Shown: piece after piece, positions 12,922-33,614 of the stretch
How positions within the stretch are numbered: position 1 is the stretch's first letter
Layout: each line of letters begins with the position of its first letter
Assembly: GCF_009914755.1 (NCBI RefSeq)
Contig: NC_060938.1
DNA from: the human T2T-CHM13v2.0 reference genome, Homo sapiens
Reading direction: 5' to 3' (one strand)
Length of the DNA stretch: 64,000 bases
Translations under genes and position numbers: made by a program
Notes under the pieces: model-generated
What the model saw: the letters and a program-made list of their open reading frames with translations, nothing else
Database searches by the model: none
Told to the model about the DNA's origin: nothing

Positions 12922-13040
12922 GTGTTAGCCATAACCCTGTTCTTTGACATGGATCATTTTCAACATTTAAAAAAATTTATAACTTTAAAAAAAATGTTGA
13001 AAATGATCCATATGTCAAAGAATAGGGATGTAGCTAACAC
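12922..13040. repeat. Inverted repeat, ~47/49-bp arms with a 23-nt A/T loop
   Basis: Left arm gtgttagccataaccctgttctttgacatggatcattttcaacattt; right arm reverse-complements to gtgttagctacatccctattctttgacatatggatcattttcaacattt. Confidence 0.95.
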
Positions 13041-13441
13041 TCATTGGAGAAGTTGATTTTTTCTTTGTTTTTGGATAATATCTTTAAGTCACAGTGTGCA
13101 AAGAAGAATTGGATTGGTGCATAGAAGAAATGTTATAATACTTGTTTCTTTCATCCAATAAGCAATTGCTGAACACCATCTGTGCCTAGTCACTAAGGTT
13201 ATAGATGTAAATGAAGTATAATTCTTGCTTGCAGTTCTTAGTATGATTAATGAGGGTAGGGGAATATACATGTAAGATAGAAAACAAATACTTGATGCAA
13301 AATGCCAAGTGCCATAACAGATGTGAAAAATATCTGTTCTTTTGGTTCCTAGAGGAGGTGTGATAGCAAAGAAATATAACATAGTAAAATAAAAGACAAA
13401 AAAAATGTAAGACAAAGGAAAATGTCTTTTCAGGTGGGTCT

Positions 13442-14003
13442 TGTGGTGGTTAATTTTCTGTGTCAATTTAACTGGACTAAGGGATGCCCAGATAGGTGGT
13501 AAAATATTATTGCTGGGTGTGTCTGTGAAGGTGTTTCTAGAAGAGATTAGCGTTTGAATCAGTAGATGAAGTAAAGGTCACCCTCAGCAACGTGGGTGGG
13601 TATCATCTAATCTACTGAGGCCCCAGATAGAACAAAAAAGTGGAGGAAGAGTAAATTTGTTCTCTTTCTTCTGGAGATGAGACATCCATTTTCTCCTACT
13701 CTTGGACATCAGAACGCCAGGTTCTCAGGTCTTCAGACTCTTGGACTTGACAACAGTGACCCATCAGTTTCTCGTGGCCTTGGACTGAGAGTTATATCGT
13801 TGGCTTTCCTGGTTCTCAGGCCTTTGGACTTGGAATCAGACTAAATTATACCATCTTCTTCCCTGGTTCTCCAGTTTGCAGACAGCATATTGTGGGACTT
13901 CTTGGCTTCCATAGTTGCATGAGCAAATTTCTTTAATAACTTTCCTCCTATATATCTCTATTTATCTTATTGGTTCTGTTTCTCTGGACAACCCTGACAT
14001 ACA
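13442..14003 (+). mobile_element. MLT2 (ERVL) solo LTR, MLT2B/C-like
   Basis: TGTGGTGGTTAATTTTCTGTGTCAATTTAACTGGACTAAGGGATGCCCAGATAG .. TGGTTCTGTTTCTCTGGACAACCCTGACATACA. Confidence 0.9.
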
Positions 14004-14202
14004 TGGAGGAACAGTGAAAAGTTTGGGAACTGTGGGGAATGAGACTGGATTCATAGGCTGTGAGAGATCCTGTGTCATTAAAGAAACTTGAGCTTTAGCC
14101 TGTGGACAATAGAGGGTCAGCAGGGTTTACCAGAACTCCTTGTGACAATCTGGGGGCAAACAGGCAAATGGTGTGAATGACAACAGCAAATACTATGTAA
14201 CC

Positions 14203-14360
14203 CAGTGGTTCTCAAACTTTGATGTGATTCAGAGTCACTTGGAGAGCTAATCCAGACATAAAAATGAGGCTTACTGAGGTAGAATAGGGCACATACCTCT
14301 GGATTTTGCCAAGTCAATTTCCAGGTAATTCTAATAGATGACAAGGTTTGAGAACCACTA
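14203..14360. mobile_element. MER5A-type hAT-Charlie MITE
   Basis: TIRs CAGTGGTTCTCAAAC / GTTTGAGAACCACTA. Confidence 0.85.
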
Positions 14361-14951
14361 ATGCATATGTGACAGCCATTGTATGACTCACTTTCGGCAG
14401 CAAAGAAACTTCATTTCACACAAAATTAGAACAAGACAATTTAAGTATTTAACAAAGTCACTAAAATAACACCAAAGTAGAATACCATTTATAACTTCAT
14501 GCATCCTGCTTTCCCCAACTCTCTTTTTATGTACTTAAATGAGTTGTAATATAGACTCTCTATGCATTGATTTCTTTACTTTTACCTTCCTCATGGCCTT
14601 GTTATAGTGAGTAAAAAGTTAATATACATAAATTTTTAGAATTGTATCTGGCACATAGTAAGGTTTAAAATATCTCAAATTTGTTTCCTCTAAACTCCTA
14701 CCCTCCCTGCTCTTTCTCCCACTAGTTTTCTTAGCTCTTGAATTTTTCATGGTTCATCTCTCACTTTCTTAACTGATTCTCGTTTTTGTTTTGTTTTCCT
14801 GCCAGCTGCTATATGTGCTATATGTTCTCAGCATAAATCTTACAAGCCCCTCTGGCCTCTCTTAGGCTTCTAGATTTGATAGTTAGCCCGCTTTAACACC
14901 ACAAAAGGCTTAAGACTTTTTCCCTTAAAATGGAGATTCTAAGAAGATTTT

Positions 14952-15288
14952 TGTTGTTGTTTGTGTGGTTTTTTTTCTTTTCTTTTTTTTTTTTTTTTTT
15001 GAGATAGGGTCTCACTCTGTCACCCAGGCTGGCTGGAGTACATACAGTGGTTCAATCACAGCTCATTGCAACCTCAAATTCCCGGGTTCAAGTAATCCTC
15101 CCATCTTACCTACTGAGTAACTAGGAATACATGTGTGTGCCATCACGTCTGGCTAATTTTTAAATTGTTTTTGTGGAGATGGGGGTCTCACCAGCCCAGG
15201 CTGGTCTTGAACTCCTGGCTTCAAGGGATCTTCCTGCCTCAGCTTTCCAAAGTGCTGGGATAAAGGCATAAGCCGCCAACACCTGGCC
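14952..15288 (-). mobile_element. AluJ
   Basis: Dimeric, J-type (tcacagctcattgcaacctcaaattcc); TSD aagaag(a/g)tttt. Confidence 0.9.
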
Positions 15289-15519
15289 CAAAGAAGGTTT
15301 TAATTGAATCATTTTTCTTTTGACTAAAATTATATCAAAAGAATCTTTGATAATAAATACTTCACTCAATTAGATTCCTTTATCTGATAGAGTTTCTGAC
15401 GGCTCACATACTCCATGGTGGTCCTTAAAGCCCTACTCCCATCATGTAGTTCAATTTTAATGTCTCTTTGACATGAACCCATGCCCATGTTGACACTGTT
15501 TGGTCAATAATGATGATGA

Positions 15520-16030
15520 TAATAATTATAACTATTAATATTTATTGCATGCATATTATATGTAAAACAATAAGACTTTTACATGCATTAAACATGCAGA
15601 AAACACCACACTGTCCTAACCCCCTTTTAAATATTATTTATTTAATCCTTACAACTGTTCAGTGACATAGGTCCTACTGTGACCCAGTTTGGGAAAGAAG
15701 TCAGGTAACTTACAAGCTTACCCAGCAAGTGAGCAAAGGACCTGAGTCTAGATCTGAGCTCCCACCCAACCAATGCTGACTGCCTCTCACACTTCCTATA
15801 ACTATCCTGCTTTCTGCTAAGTGTATTCATAATAATTGAAAGTATAGTATGTTTCATATAATTCTCAAACCACCCTATTCAGTAGGTATATTGTCATCCC
15901 TATTTTATAGGTGAGGAAAAATGAGTCTTGGAGAGACTGATTTGACCAGCTTTGTAAAACTAGTAAGTGGCAGAACCCACATTAAAACACAGGTATTAAT
16001 AATATGATCTTAGCTCCTGGTATATTTAAC
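15520..16030 (-). mobile_element. Two tandem MIR fragments
   Basis: tcatccctattttataggtgaggaaaaatgag..actagtaagtggcagaa, plus a second degenerate copy at ~15520-15790. Confidence 0.65.
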
Positions 16031-16049
16031 AGTATGATAAATGAATCTC

Positions 16050-17040
16050 TTCCTTTTCTTCAGAGCTAAACTTCTCAAATCATTTCAGCTCCATCTGCTT
16101 TACTGGATTCTCAGCCTCTGCATCTCTCCTGAATGTTGACATTTCCTCAGACACGTGTCCGAAGCTCCCTTCTATGACTTCAGTAGCTATCTATGTAGCT
16201 ATTCTTCCTCTACAGCTCTACCCACATCTTGCTCTTGTGCTCAGACCCATATACCATATACATCTACATTTCACTGGGCTATTTGCACCTCACATACAGG
16301 ATGTCCCACATAAAATCATCTCCCCAAAAACCTGCTGCAGCTTCAGTTTACCTCTATCTCAGTGATTCATACCACTTTCCTCACAGTTGCCTAATCCAGA
16401 AGTTGGGGGATCATCTTTAAGACTTTGTTCTCTTTTATCACCCAAATCCACTTGTTATAAACCTCAAATTTATACTTCCAAATCCACCTAATGTTCTCCA
16501 TTTCTGCTCTACTATCTTGTGCCACCACCGTCTCTTGACTGAGTTACTGTAATAGCCTTCTAACTAGCATCCTAACTCTAATCTTGTCCCAATCTATTTA
16601 TTTATTAATACCAACAGAGACTTTTAATATATGAAAAAATAATTATCAAATAATCAAATAACTTATGGTTTATAGGGCCCACCATCATGATGCTGTCACT
16701 GACCTTTTCTTATCACTCACCACTTTCCCACCCCATATTCTATATTTCAGCAATACTGAGTTGCCTTCAGTTCCTGGAAGTCATTGCATCCTCTTTCTTT
16801 GGAAAAGATAACATATTGTTCTCCTTGCCTCAAAATACTCTTTTCCCTATTCATCTCTCCTCACCTTTCACCTTGCTAAATTATCCTTATCCTTTAGAGC
16901 TCTGCTTAGAAAACCCTTCTCCTGCAAGATTATGCTTGACACCCTGAACAATTGTGGGTATTTTTCTATGTATTTTCTGCCAGATGTTCCTAGGTATGCT
17001 TCCCAAGAGTCCCCAACATAATTACATGTCGCCTCTATTT
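16050..17040 (+). mobile_element. L2 fragment
   Basis: Pyrimidine-rich L2 motifs (ttactgtaatagccttctaactagcatcct; ttggggatcatcttt). Confidence 0.65.
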
Positions 17041-17041
17041 C

Positions 17042-17387
17042 TTCTGTAGACTGAATGTCTGTATTGCCCCCAAATTCATGTGTTGAAACCAAATCTCCAT
17101 TGTGATGGTATTAGTAGGTGGGGACTTTGGGAAATAACTAAGTAATAAGGTACAGCCCTCAATATGGGATTGGTGCTCTTACAAAAGGAACTTCAGAGAG
17201 CTTTATTGTTCCTCCACTATGTGAGGACACAAGAAGAATACAGCCTTCTATGACACTGGATTGATGTTTGGCCCTCACCAGACACTTGATCTGCCAGCAA
17301 CTTTAAACTTGGACTTCCTAGCCTCTGGAACTCTGAGAAATAAATTTCTGTTGTTTATGATCTATCTAGCCCAAAGAGACAAAAGCA
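17042..17387 (+). mobile_element. MLT1A/MLT1A0 MaLR LTR
   Basis: gactgaatgtctgtattgcccccaaattcatgtgttgaaa .. ggacttcctagcctctggaactctgagaaataaatttctgttgttta. Confidence 0.85.
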
Positions 17388-17399
17388 TGTGTATTGATG

Positions 17400-19280
17400 T
17401 CTTTTCAACAGTTTTAGAAAAATTTTTAGAAAATTCTTGGTCATTGTCTTTTCAAATATTAATTCTACTCCATTGTCTTTGTTCTCTGCTCATGGTCCTA
17501 CAATTAATTATAATGTATATTATAACTTGTTACAATGCCTTCTCTCTTATCCTCTCTTCTATATTTTTCATGCTTTTCCTCTCTCCTTCATTATGTTCAA
17601 GATATTCCAGTATATCTTCCAGTTAACTAATTCTCATTTCACCAGTGTCTGTTTTGTTTTAAAATGCATCCTCTATGTTCTTAATTTTAATTGTATTTCT
17701 CAGTGTTAAAATTGCTATTTAGTTTTGCTTCATAACTATGTCATTTTTATAGTTTCTCATTCTTTGCTTAAAAGTGAATCTTTTATTTATTTGATAAGCA
17801 TAGTTATTTTAAAATCTATGCCTGGTAATTCTCATATCTATAGCCTTGGTGGCTTTGTTTTTATGGTCTGCCAATTCTATTCATTCTTGTTTATGTTGTC
17901 TTGGTATTTTCATTTGCCATTTTTTATTGTTTGTCAGACATCATATTGAAAAAACCCTTTGCAAAAAATTTAAGTCCTATCATGATGTTATTTTTCTTTA
18001 GAGATGACTGGTTCATTCTGCCAAAGCATGTGGGTACAGTAGCAATTTGGATATTTAGTAATTGTTTTTCTTGGGGCCATGCATAGAAATGAAAGTTGGA
18101 CTGCAGTCTGTGCAAGGTTTATGTTACTTCTGATTCACTCTAATTTTCTTTTTCTTTCTTTCTTTCTTTTTTTTTTTTTTTTGGATCACTGAAACAAACA
18201 TATTGGGGCTCCATCCCATTGTGGATTCTGGCTTCTAACTCCAGGTTTTCAAAAGTACTGCTTCCCTTCTCATCCATCTCTTCTGGAATTGGCAAATGCC
18301 CTCAGGGGTCAAGCAACCACCAATAACGGGTTTACTTTTCTGGGTATGTCTGTCATATATCATGGCTATAATTCTTCACTACAATGTTAGCTCTCTTATG
18401 CATTCATGTAGATAGTTTTAATGCATTTTATATTTTGAAGCTCTTCTAATTGACCTAAGAGAGTTGATCTGAACTCACTCATTTATCATTTCTGAATGTG
18501 GAAGTTCAATTTTGCTTTCTTTTATTTTCTACTTAAGTATGTTTTTAATAGTAAGATGATTCTTAAAGAAGTGTAGAGGATAGACTGGAGGAGGGGAAGA
18601 ACATATAGTTAACACCAAATGGTTTCCAAAGCAGATATACCCATTGGCACTTCCACTAGCATTAAATGAAAGTTACAGTTCTTCCTTGCGTATTTCTTTA
18701 ACCTTGTTTGCCTGGCTAAGAATCCCTGAAAACTATCTTGTGTGTAAAACAATGGATTCTGTCTTCGTTATAGGAGCTGAACTTCTGATGTGTGGATGGG
18801 AGGGGAGATGGCATATGGCCTGGTGAAATAGGTAAGTAGCTTTTTTGGCGGGGGTTCATGCAGGCTTCTGGCTTACATTAAGAGCTATAAAAATATTGCC
18901 TGGTTTTCTGGCACCAGTGCCTACTCAAAATGTATCATCGGAACTTATCTTCAGAACTTATTTAGAATATTATCCTGGGGATAAATGCTAGTATTACCCT
19001 CAAATATTCTGTTCTTCAATAATTACCTGGTAGGACCCCATGGCCCTCTCCTGTCTTCAGCTCCCCAGCCCATGTCTGTATCCTTCTCACAATTTCTATG
19101 GTTGGCTGGGAAAACGACCTCAATTGGAAGTTCCCTCTTGTCAGTTGTGTGTAGTCATGGGTTTTTAGTCATTGGATTTGCCCATTAATTTATTCTCATT
19201 TGTTATATATTTTCCAGGAATTCTTCATTGTTTTTTCTAGCATTCATTTGGTTACTTCCAGTGTTTTAAAATAAAATATT
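17400..19280 (-). mobile_element. Ancient L1 (L1ME/HAL1-like) fragments
   Basis: T-rich degenerate L1 antisense motifs (gaaaattcttggtcattgtcttttcaaatatt; ccagttaactaattctc; catagttattttaaaatctatgcctggtaatt). Boundaries approximate. Confidence 0.5.
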
Positions 19281-19283
19281 TGT

Positions 19284-20975
19284 CACAAACAAATGAAAAA
19301 ACATTCCATGCTCATGGATGGGAAGAATCAATATCGTGAAAATGGCCATACTGCCCAAAGTAATTTATAGATTCAATGCTATTCCCATCAAGCTACCACT
19401 GACTTTCTTCACAGAATTAGAAAAAACTACTTTAAATTTCATATGGAATCAAAAAAGAGCCTGTATAACCAGGGCAATCCTAAGCAAAAAGAACAAAGTT
19501 GGAGGCATCACGCTACCTGACTTCAAACTATACTACAAGGTTACAGTAACCAAAACAACATGTTACTAGTACCAAAACAGACATATAGACCAATGGAACA
19601 GAACAGAGTCCTCAGAAATAACACCATGCATCTATAGCCATCTGATCTTTGACAAAACTGACAAAAACAAGCAATGGGGAAAGGATTCCCTATTTAATAA
19701 ATGATGTCGGGAAAACTGGCTAGCCATATGCAGAAAGCTGAAACTGGACCCCTTCTTTACACCTTATACAAAAATTGACTCAACATGGATTAAAGACTTA
19801 AACATAAGACCTAAAACCATGAAAACCCTGGAAGAAAGCCTAGGCAATACCATTCAGGATACAGGCATGGGCAAAGACTTCATGACTAAAACACCAAAAG
19901 CAATTGCAACAAAAGCCAAAACTGACAAATGGGATCTAATTAAATGAAAGAGCTTCTGCACAGCAAAAGAAACTATCATCAGAGTGAACAGGCAACCTAC
20001 AGAATGGGAGAAAATTTTTGTAATTTATCCATCTGACAAAGGTCTAATATCCAGAATCTACAGAGAACTTAAACAAATGTACAAGAAAAAACAAACAACC
20101 CCATCAAAAAGTGGGGCAAAGGATAAGAACAGACACTTATCAGAAGAAGACATTTATGCAGCCAACAAACATATGAAATAAAGCTCATCATCACTGCTCA
20201 TTAGAGAAATGCAAATCAAAATTGCAATGAGATACCGTCTCACGCCAGTTAGAATGGCTATCATTAAAAAGCCAGGAAACAACAGATGCTGGAGAGGATG
20301 TTGAGAAATAGAAGTGCTTTTACACTGTTGATGGGAGTGTAAATTAGTTCAACCATTGTGGAAGACAGTGTGGCGATTCCTCAAGGATCTAGAACCAGAA
20401 ATACCATTTGACCCAGCAATCCCATTACTGGGTATATACCCAAAGGGTTATAAATCATTCTACTATAAAGACATACACACACATAAGTTTATTGCAGCAC
20501 TATTCACAATAGCAGACTTGGAACCAATCCAAATGCCCATCAGTGATACACTGGATAAAGAAAATGTGGCACATATACACCATGGAATACTATGCAGCCA
20601 TAAAAATGATGAGTTCATGTCCTTTGCAGGGACATGGATGAAGCTGGAAACCATCATTCTCAGCAAACTAACACAGGAACAGAAAACCAAACACTGCATG
20701 TTCTCACTCATAAGTAGGAGTTGAACAATGAGAACACATGGACGCAGGGAGGGGAACGTCACACACGGGGGCCTGTTGGGGGGTGGGGGGCTAGGGGAGG
20801 GATAGTATTAGGAGAAATACCTAATGTAGATGACAGTTTGATGGCTGCAGCAAACCACCATGGCACATGAATACCTGTGTAACAAACCTGCACGTTCTGC
20901 ACGTGTATCCCAGAACTTAAAGTATATATATATACTAAAGTATATATATATATACTAACAAATGTATATATATAT
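19284..20975 (+). mobile_element. 5'-truncated L1PA7-like element; tail converted to (TA)n
   Basis: ORF2 C-terminal remnants (19318..19569, 20356..20724); 3'UTR ggctaggggagggatagtattaggagaaatacctaatgtagatgac; residual TSD ATATTTGT on both sides. Confidence 0.92.
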
Positions 20976-21660
20976 ATATTTGTTAATAGTCTTTCATTTT
21001 TAGGGAGAGGAGGTAAATTTTGTATACTTAGAAATCTTGATATAGAAATGCTCCATAAATTTTTAAAGTAATTATCATTGATATATTTCAAAATGGCTAT
21101 TTTTGTAACTTCTGCTATTTATGCTGTCACCAAGCAAATAATGCACACCCCCAAGAGAATCTAAAAATAATAATTGCTTGTATGTACATTTCCAGTCCCC
21201 TGTCTGTTCTTCATTGTTTTATCTTGATAGTCTTAAATTTATCTGAAATTAAATGTTCAAATTTTATGTTAGTGAAGCTATGTTATTTAATAAATGTTTA
21301 ATTAAATAATGTTTACCTTAGTTTTCCTCATTTTCAAATCTGTTTATCTTTTATTAATATTTTTCATCTTCTAACTCCCATGCTTTATTATTTTGACTAT
21401 TACGTCTGTAAGAATCGTTCCAGGTTTTGAAATATTCTTCTACTTTTGAAGAGAAAACTCTGTTGCTTTTTACTCTCTTTGTAGTATCAATTCTATCCTT
21501 TTTACATTTTTATAAATTTTTTTTCAAGCTTTTAAAATTATAGTCTGAGGGAAAAGGAAAAACCCTTATTTTCTTATTATCTTATTATCTCTAATTATCT
21601 CTAATTTAAGTATTGATTCTTTTCCTTTTAGATTGCACTGGTAATGTGGTATCTAATTAC

Positions 21661-21894
<234 letters not shown>

Positions 21895-22781
21895 TCAGAT
21901 GGTGAGAATAATAGGTAGTAATAGAAAAAGAATGCTTCAGAGGGAAACTAAATATGGGTTGGTTCAACATCCTCCTGTTAGAAGTGAAGATATTTTTAGG
22001 CTTAGCAAGGTTGAGAGACTTGTTCAAGGTTGAATAACTTATTCAAGGAAACTAAATTGATGACAGACTTAAAATGAGATACCATGTCTTTTGCATCCTA
22101 GAGTAATTTTTGTACATTTAAAACTACGCTTCTGCACAAAGTTTTAGTAGCAAGCATATCAAAGCATTTTTGTAACTGGTTTCTTGGCACCACTATTATC
22201 TGCTGCTGTAATTAGATTCCATTTCTTCTCCACTTGTCTTGAGCAGTCTGTACCTTTCCCTCATGTCCTTTGAAGTTTCTGCAGATAGTTAAAAACAATT
22301 TATTTTTTACTTAAACTAAGAGAGAAAGAGAGAGAAGGAAAATGAGCACCCATAAATGTTTAACTGTGTCCTTATTTAAAAAATTTTTAAAATATTTTTT
22401 AGGGCAAGGTAAATTTTTATCATCAATGTGTTAATATTTAGTTTTCTTAACCTCGAATTCTGTAAAATATTATATATATTTTATGATGAATTTCATTTTA
22501 CTTATACTATAATTTGATGATTTAAAAATTTCCTATATTACAAATGGTGGCAGTATAAATGATTTTGTAAAAAAGTGGTTTTTAAAAACTTCTTCCTAGA
22601 TGTAAAAGAAAAAAAATACCCCAAACCAAAAATAACCTTAATGTTATTGTGAATTTTTAATCTTCTGGTATGACTTACTTTATTCGGAAGTAACTTCTCA
22701 TTAACGTTATTATTTCAATCTTATATGGGGATGCTTTTATTTTAGAAGAATTTGTTGTCTAGTTGGGTGAGTTATTTTTAA

Positions 22782-23899
22782 ATATTTATTTTAGGTTTGG
22801 GGGTACATGTAAAGGTTTATTACATAGACAAACACGTTTCACAGAGGTTTTTTTTGTACATATTACATTACCCAGGTATTAAGCTCAGTACCCAGTAGTT
22901 ACCTTTTCTGCTCCTCTCCCTCCTCCCATCCTCCCCTCTCAAGTAGACCCCAGTGTCTGTTGTTTCTTTCTTTGTGTTCATAAGTTCTTATCATTTAACT
23001 TCTACTTATATGTGAAAACATGCAGTATTTCATTTTCTGTTCCTGTGTTAGTTTGCTAAGGATGATGGCCCCCAGTTCCATCCATGTACCTGCAGGGATC
23101 ATGCAAAAGACATGATCTTGTTCTTTTTTTTGGCTGCATAATATTCCATGGTATATATGTACTACATTTTCTTTATCCAGTCTGTCATTGATGGGCATTT
23201 AGGTTGATTCCATGTATTTGCTATTGTAAAGAGTGCTGCAATGAACATTCACATGCATGTGTCTTTATGGTAGAATGTTTTATATTCCTCTGGGTATATA
23301 CCCAGTAATGGGGTTGCTAGGTTGAATGGTAGTTCAACTTTTAGCTCTTTGAGGAATCACCATACTGCTTTCCACAATGACTGAACTAATTTAAACTCCC
23401 AAAAACAGTGTATAAGGGCTCCCCTTTCTCTGCAGCCTTGCCAGCATCTGGTTTTTTTTTTTTTTTTTGACTTTTTAATAATGGCCATTTTGGCTGGTGT
23501 GAGATGGTATCTCATTGTGATTTTGATTTGTGCTTCTCTAAGGGTCAGTGATATTGAGCTTTTTTCCATATGTCTTATGGCAACATGTATGTCTTTTTTT
23601 GAGATGTGTCTGTTCATGTCCTTTGCCCACTTTTTAATGGGGGTAGTTTGTTTTTCCTTTGTAAATTTAAGTTCTTTATAGATGCTAGATATTAGACCTT
23701 AGTCAGATGCATAGTACATTTTCTCCCATTCTGTAGTTTGTCTGTTTACTCTGCTGATAGGCTTTTTTTTTTTTTTTTTTTTTGCTGTGCAGAAGTTCTT
23801 AAGTTTAATTAGATCCCATTGTCAATTTTTGCTTTTGTTGCAATTGCTTTTGGTGTCTTTGTCATGAAATCTTTGCTTTTTCCTATGTCCAGAATAGTA
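22782..23899 (-). mobile_element. 5'-truncated L1PA14-16 type element
   Basis: 3'UTR ttaggtttgggggtacatgt..caagtagaccccagtgtctgttg; ORF2 C-terminal remnants (22995..23198, 23357..23617). Confidence 0.85.
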
Positions 23900-24289
23900 C
23901 GGACAAATGAGTTCTAAAATAATTGTAGAAATATACACAATTTGTGTTCCTCTTAAACTTCTACATAGTATTTTTTAAAAAATAAGATTAATTTGAATAT
24001 AAAAAAACAACCAATTAAGAGTATTCATTTATTGATGAAGGAAAAAACACTAACTTAATCTAATTGTATTAAGTACCATTACTTACCATCCTGGGATATG
24101 TGGGCATACAGAAAAGATATATGTAAGGCATAGATACAAGGATAAAAAAGTGACACACACACACTCACTAATGCACAAATACTGACATTTTCTGGCCTTC
24201 TCATTCATCAAGTCATAGCCTCATTGGCCTGTAAAATTTATAGTCATACTGGATTTTATACAGTTACTTTAAAACACTATATTATAATA

Positions 24290-24820
24290 CAAATTCATGC
24301 CTTTTCCTGTAATGTTCCCTCTGTCTAGAACATCACTCCCCCTTTTCTCTCCTGATTTACCTACTTGATTGCTTACCTAGCTGTAAAGATTCAGTTGAAG
24401 GGTCACTTCCTTTATTGCAGTCCTTCCTAGTAACTCCTTCCCTTAATGCACCATTAAAAATAGTCCCTTTCTCTGTGATCCTTCTGTACTGTATACATAC
24501 ACCTTTTGTTAGAGCTGGGACCATTTGATTGCTCTAAAGATCTGCAACAGCAAAAAAGGAGTTGTGTGTCTGTGATCATTTATGGACTTCATTATGTATT
24601 AGGTAATTTTCTATATAGAAAAACACTTATTTGCCAAAATCTGTAGGGAAGAATATAAAATATTAACTGATCAACTGCCCCCCACAGTGGACCTTTGTTT
24701 TCTTCATTGTGAACTACTTGAGAAGAGGGAGTATGTCTCATTCATTTTTTAATTTTTTTCTCCTTAGAAAGGTATCTTATATATAGAGGAATTCAACAGA
24801 TGTTTGCTGAATGAATGCAT
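24290..24820 (+). mobile_element. L2 fragments
   Basis: aatgttccctctgtctagaacatc; 3' end caacagatgtttgctgaatgaatg. Confidence 0.6.
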
Positions 24821-24873
24821 GAGCACTCAGAGATTGTGGTATATAGTGTAATTTTGTTGATTTCCTTGCTTAA

Positions 24874-25344
24874 TGTGCTGTGTATTTCCCATTTGCCCCT
24901 CCAGGTCTATTCTCTGCCCTTACCTACTCTTCTGTCTGCCCTGGGGGCCTGACTTTTAAGGCTTACGTTAATGGGCTCTCTTGTCCTCTGGCTCCTGGTT
25001 GAGGTTTATCAATGGGGAATCCTGGAAGGAGATTGGAGAGAGGGAGGGTTTATTTCTGGCTCTTTTCTTGTGAGGTCACTTCAGGTTAGTTGTACTCCTC
25101 ATTGAAGATCTTTGCTCCCCTCAAGGTAGTTTCTCTACAGGATTCCTTCCTTCTTGGATATAGTAACTACTCCCTTCCCTCATCCCTTTGGTCAACGCTT
25201 CTAAGTTACTATACTACACCATCTTTTGTGGTTTCTCTACACCTTAGTTATACCTTTGTAATTAGTCCCTTTAAAAAAATTTTTTTTTGAATTACCCTAG
25301 TTTGAATGTCCCATTTGTTTCTTTTTAGGATACTAACTGGTAAA
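24874..25344 (+). mobile_element. LTR33-like ERVL LTR
   Basis: atttgcccctccaggtctattctctgccc..aatgggctctcttgtcctctggctcctggtt..acctttgtaattagtccctt. Confidence 0.75.
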
Positions 25345-25389
25345 TCCAGCAATGATTCTGCCTTTTTTCTTTTATGAAATTCCTTTTTT

Positions 25390-25757
25390 ACTTTCAAGAA
25401 CAGACTGCCACCATGTGTAATTTATGGGGCTGATCCCATCCCACTACTCCAGGGATTGACACATGAATCAGACTCTGCCAGAGTATCCATAGCCCTAGAT
25501 TGAGTTATTGGTTTATGGGTGGGCTCAGGATCAGAATCTTTCCTCCCCCTTGCTATTTTTGCTAGAATTACTGGAAAGGAGGCACTCTCTCCTGAAATAA
25601 GTAAGCCTGGATTGTCTGGAAGCCATCTTTGCCTTCATGCAGACAAAGTGTTCATAAAAATGAAGCCAATGTAAAGGAATACTAGAAGAGGAAGAAGACT
25701 TAGGTCAGTTTGAGTTCAGTCTCTGCACTTTGTAGCTGAAAGAATCTCAGTCAATAA
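25390..25757 (+). mobile_element. Old MLT1 (J/K/L-like) LTR
   Basis: ggggctgatcccatccc..gtaagcctggattgtctggaagccatctttgcc..ctctgcactttgtagctgaaagaatc. Confidence 0.55.
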
Positions 25758-26654
25758 ATATTATCATTGCCATCCTCAAACTATTGTTGTGTGTTAGAAA
25801 CTGGGCAAGGGAAAATGACTGTATCTGAAGGATGTGTTGTGCTAACTTATGACAAAAAGTCTAAAGAACAGAGGTCATTTTGTTTCTGCATATGTCTACA
25901 TAACTATTAACTTGTGATTGTCAAAATATAAACAATAATGATTCTAATTCTGAATGCTTGTAAGTTTATCTGTATTAGGAAACTCATCTGTGTAAAATTT
26001 TCTTAATACCTTATGGACTCAATCTTTACCACTAGTCTTATATATTTTGGTTTTCCAGATAGTGTTCTATTTTTCCACCTGGAAAATATACGTAAGCTTT
26101 GTCTTTTCATTCCTCTATAGGCCATTATTTTTCAGTAAAGATAGATGGGTTTAGACTTAGTTTGAAAGAATCCATCATATTGACTTCACTTGTGATCTAC
26201 GTTTTATTTTCACTTAAATCTCCAGAGCAGGAAACCTACCAGTTGCACTAACTCTTCTGTTAGTGAGAATTCTGGATGGCGCAGACAGCAAATTGCCAAA
26301 TGCAAATAAAATATGCTGTTGAAAATGTTCTGTTTCTGGCTGCACCTCAGAATAATTCAAACTTGCTTGTTTCCTCAAGCAGGAGTTTAAAGTAAGTAGT
26401 TTAAAGGAAGTATTTGCTTAGACTTCAGCCAATTAAATATGCTGAGTCTTAGAATTCAAAAGTCATGGTTGTATTTTTATTCAAATGAGCCTAAACATTC
26501 AAACCATGTTTCTCTTTTCATAGGAAATAGAAAACAAAACATTGTGTTTATTTTTAAGGTTTTAGAATGAAGATGTTGTTTCTTGATCTATTTAGAAGCT
26601 AATAAAAGAGTTACAAACTTAAGTTTGTTAGTGTCAAGTTATTATTTCGGAAAC

Positions 26655-33614
<6,960 letters not shown>

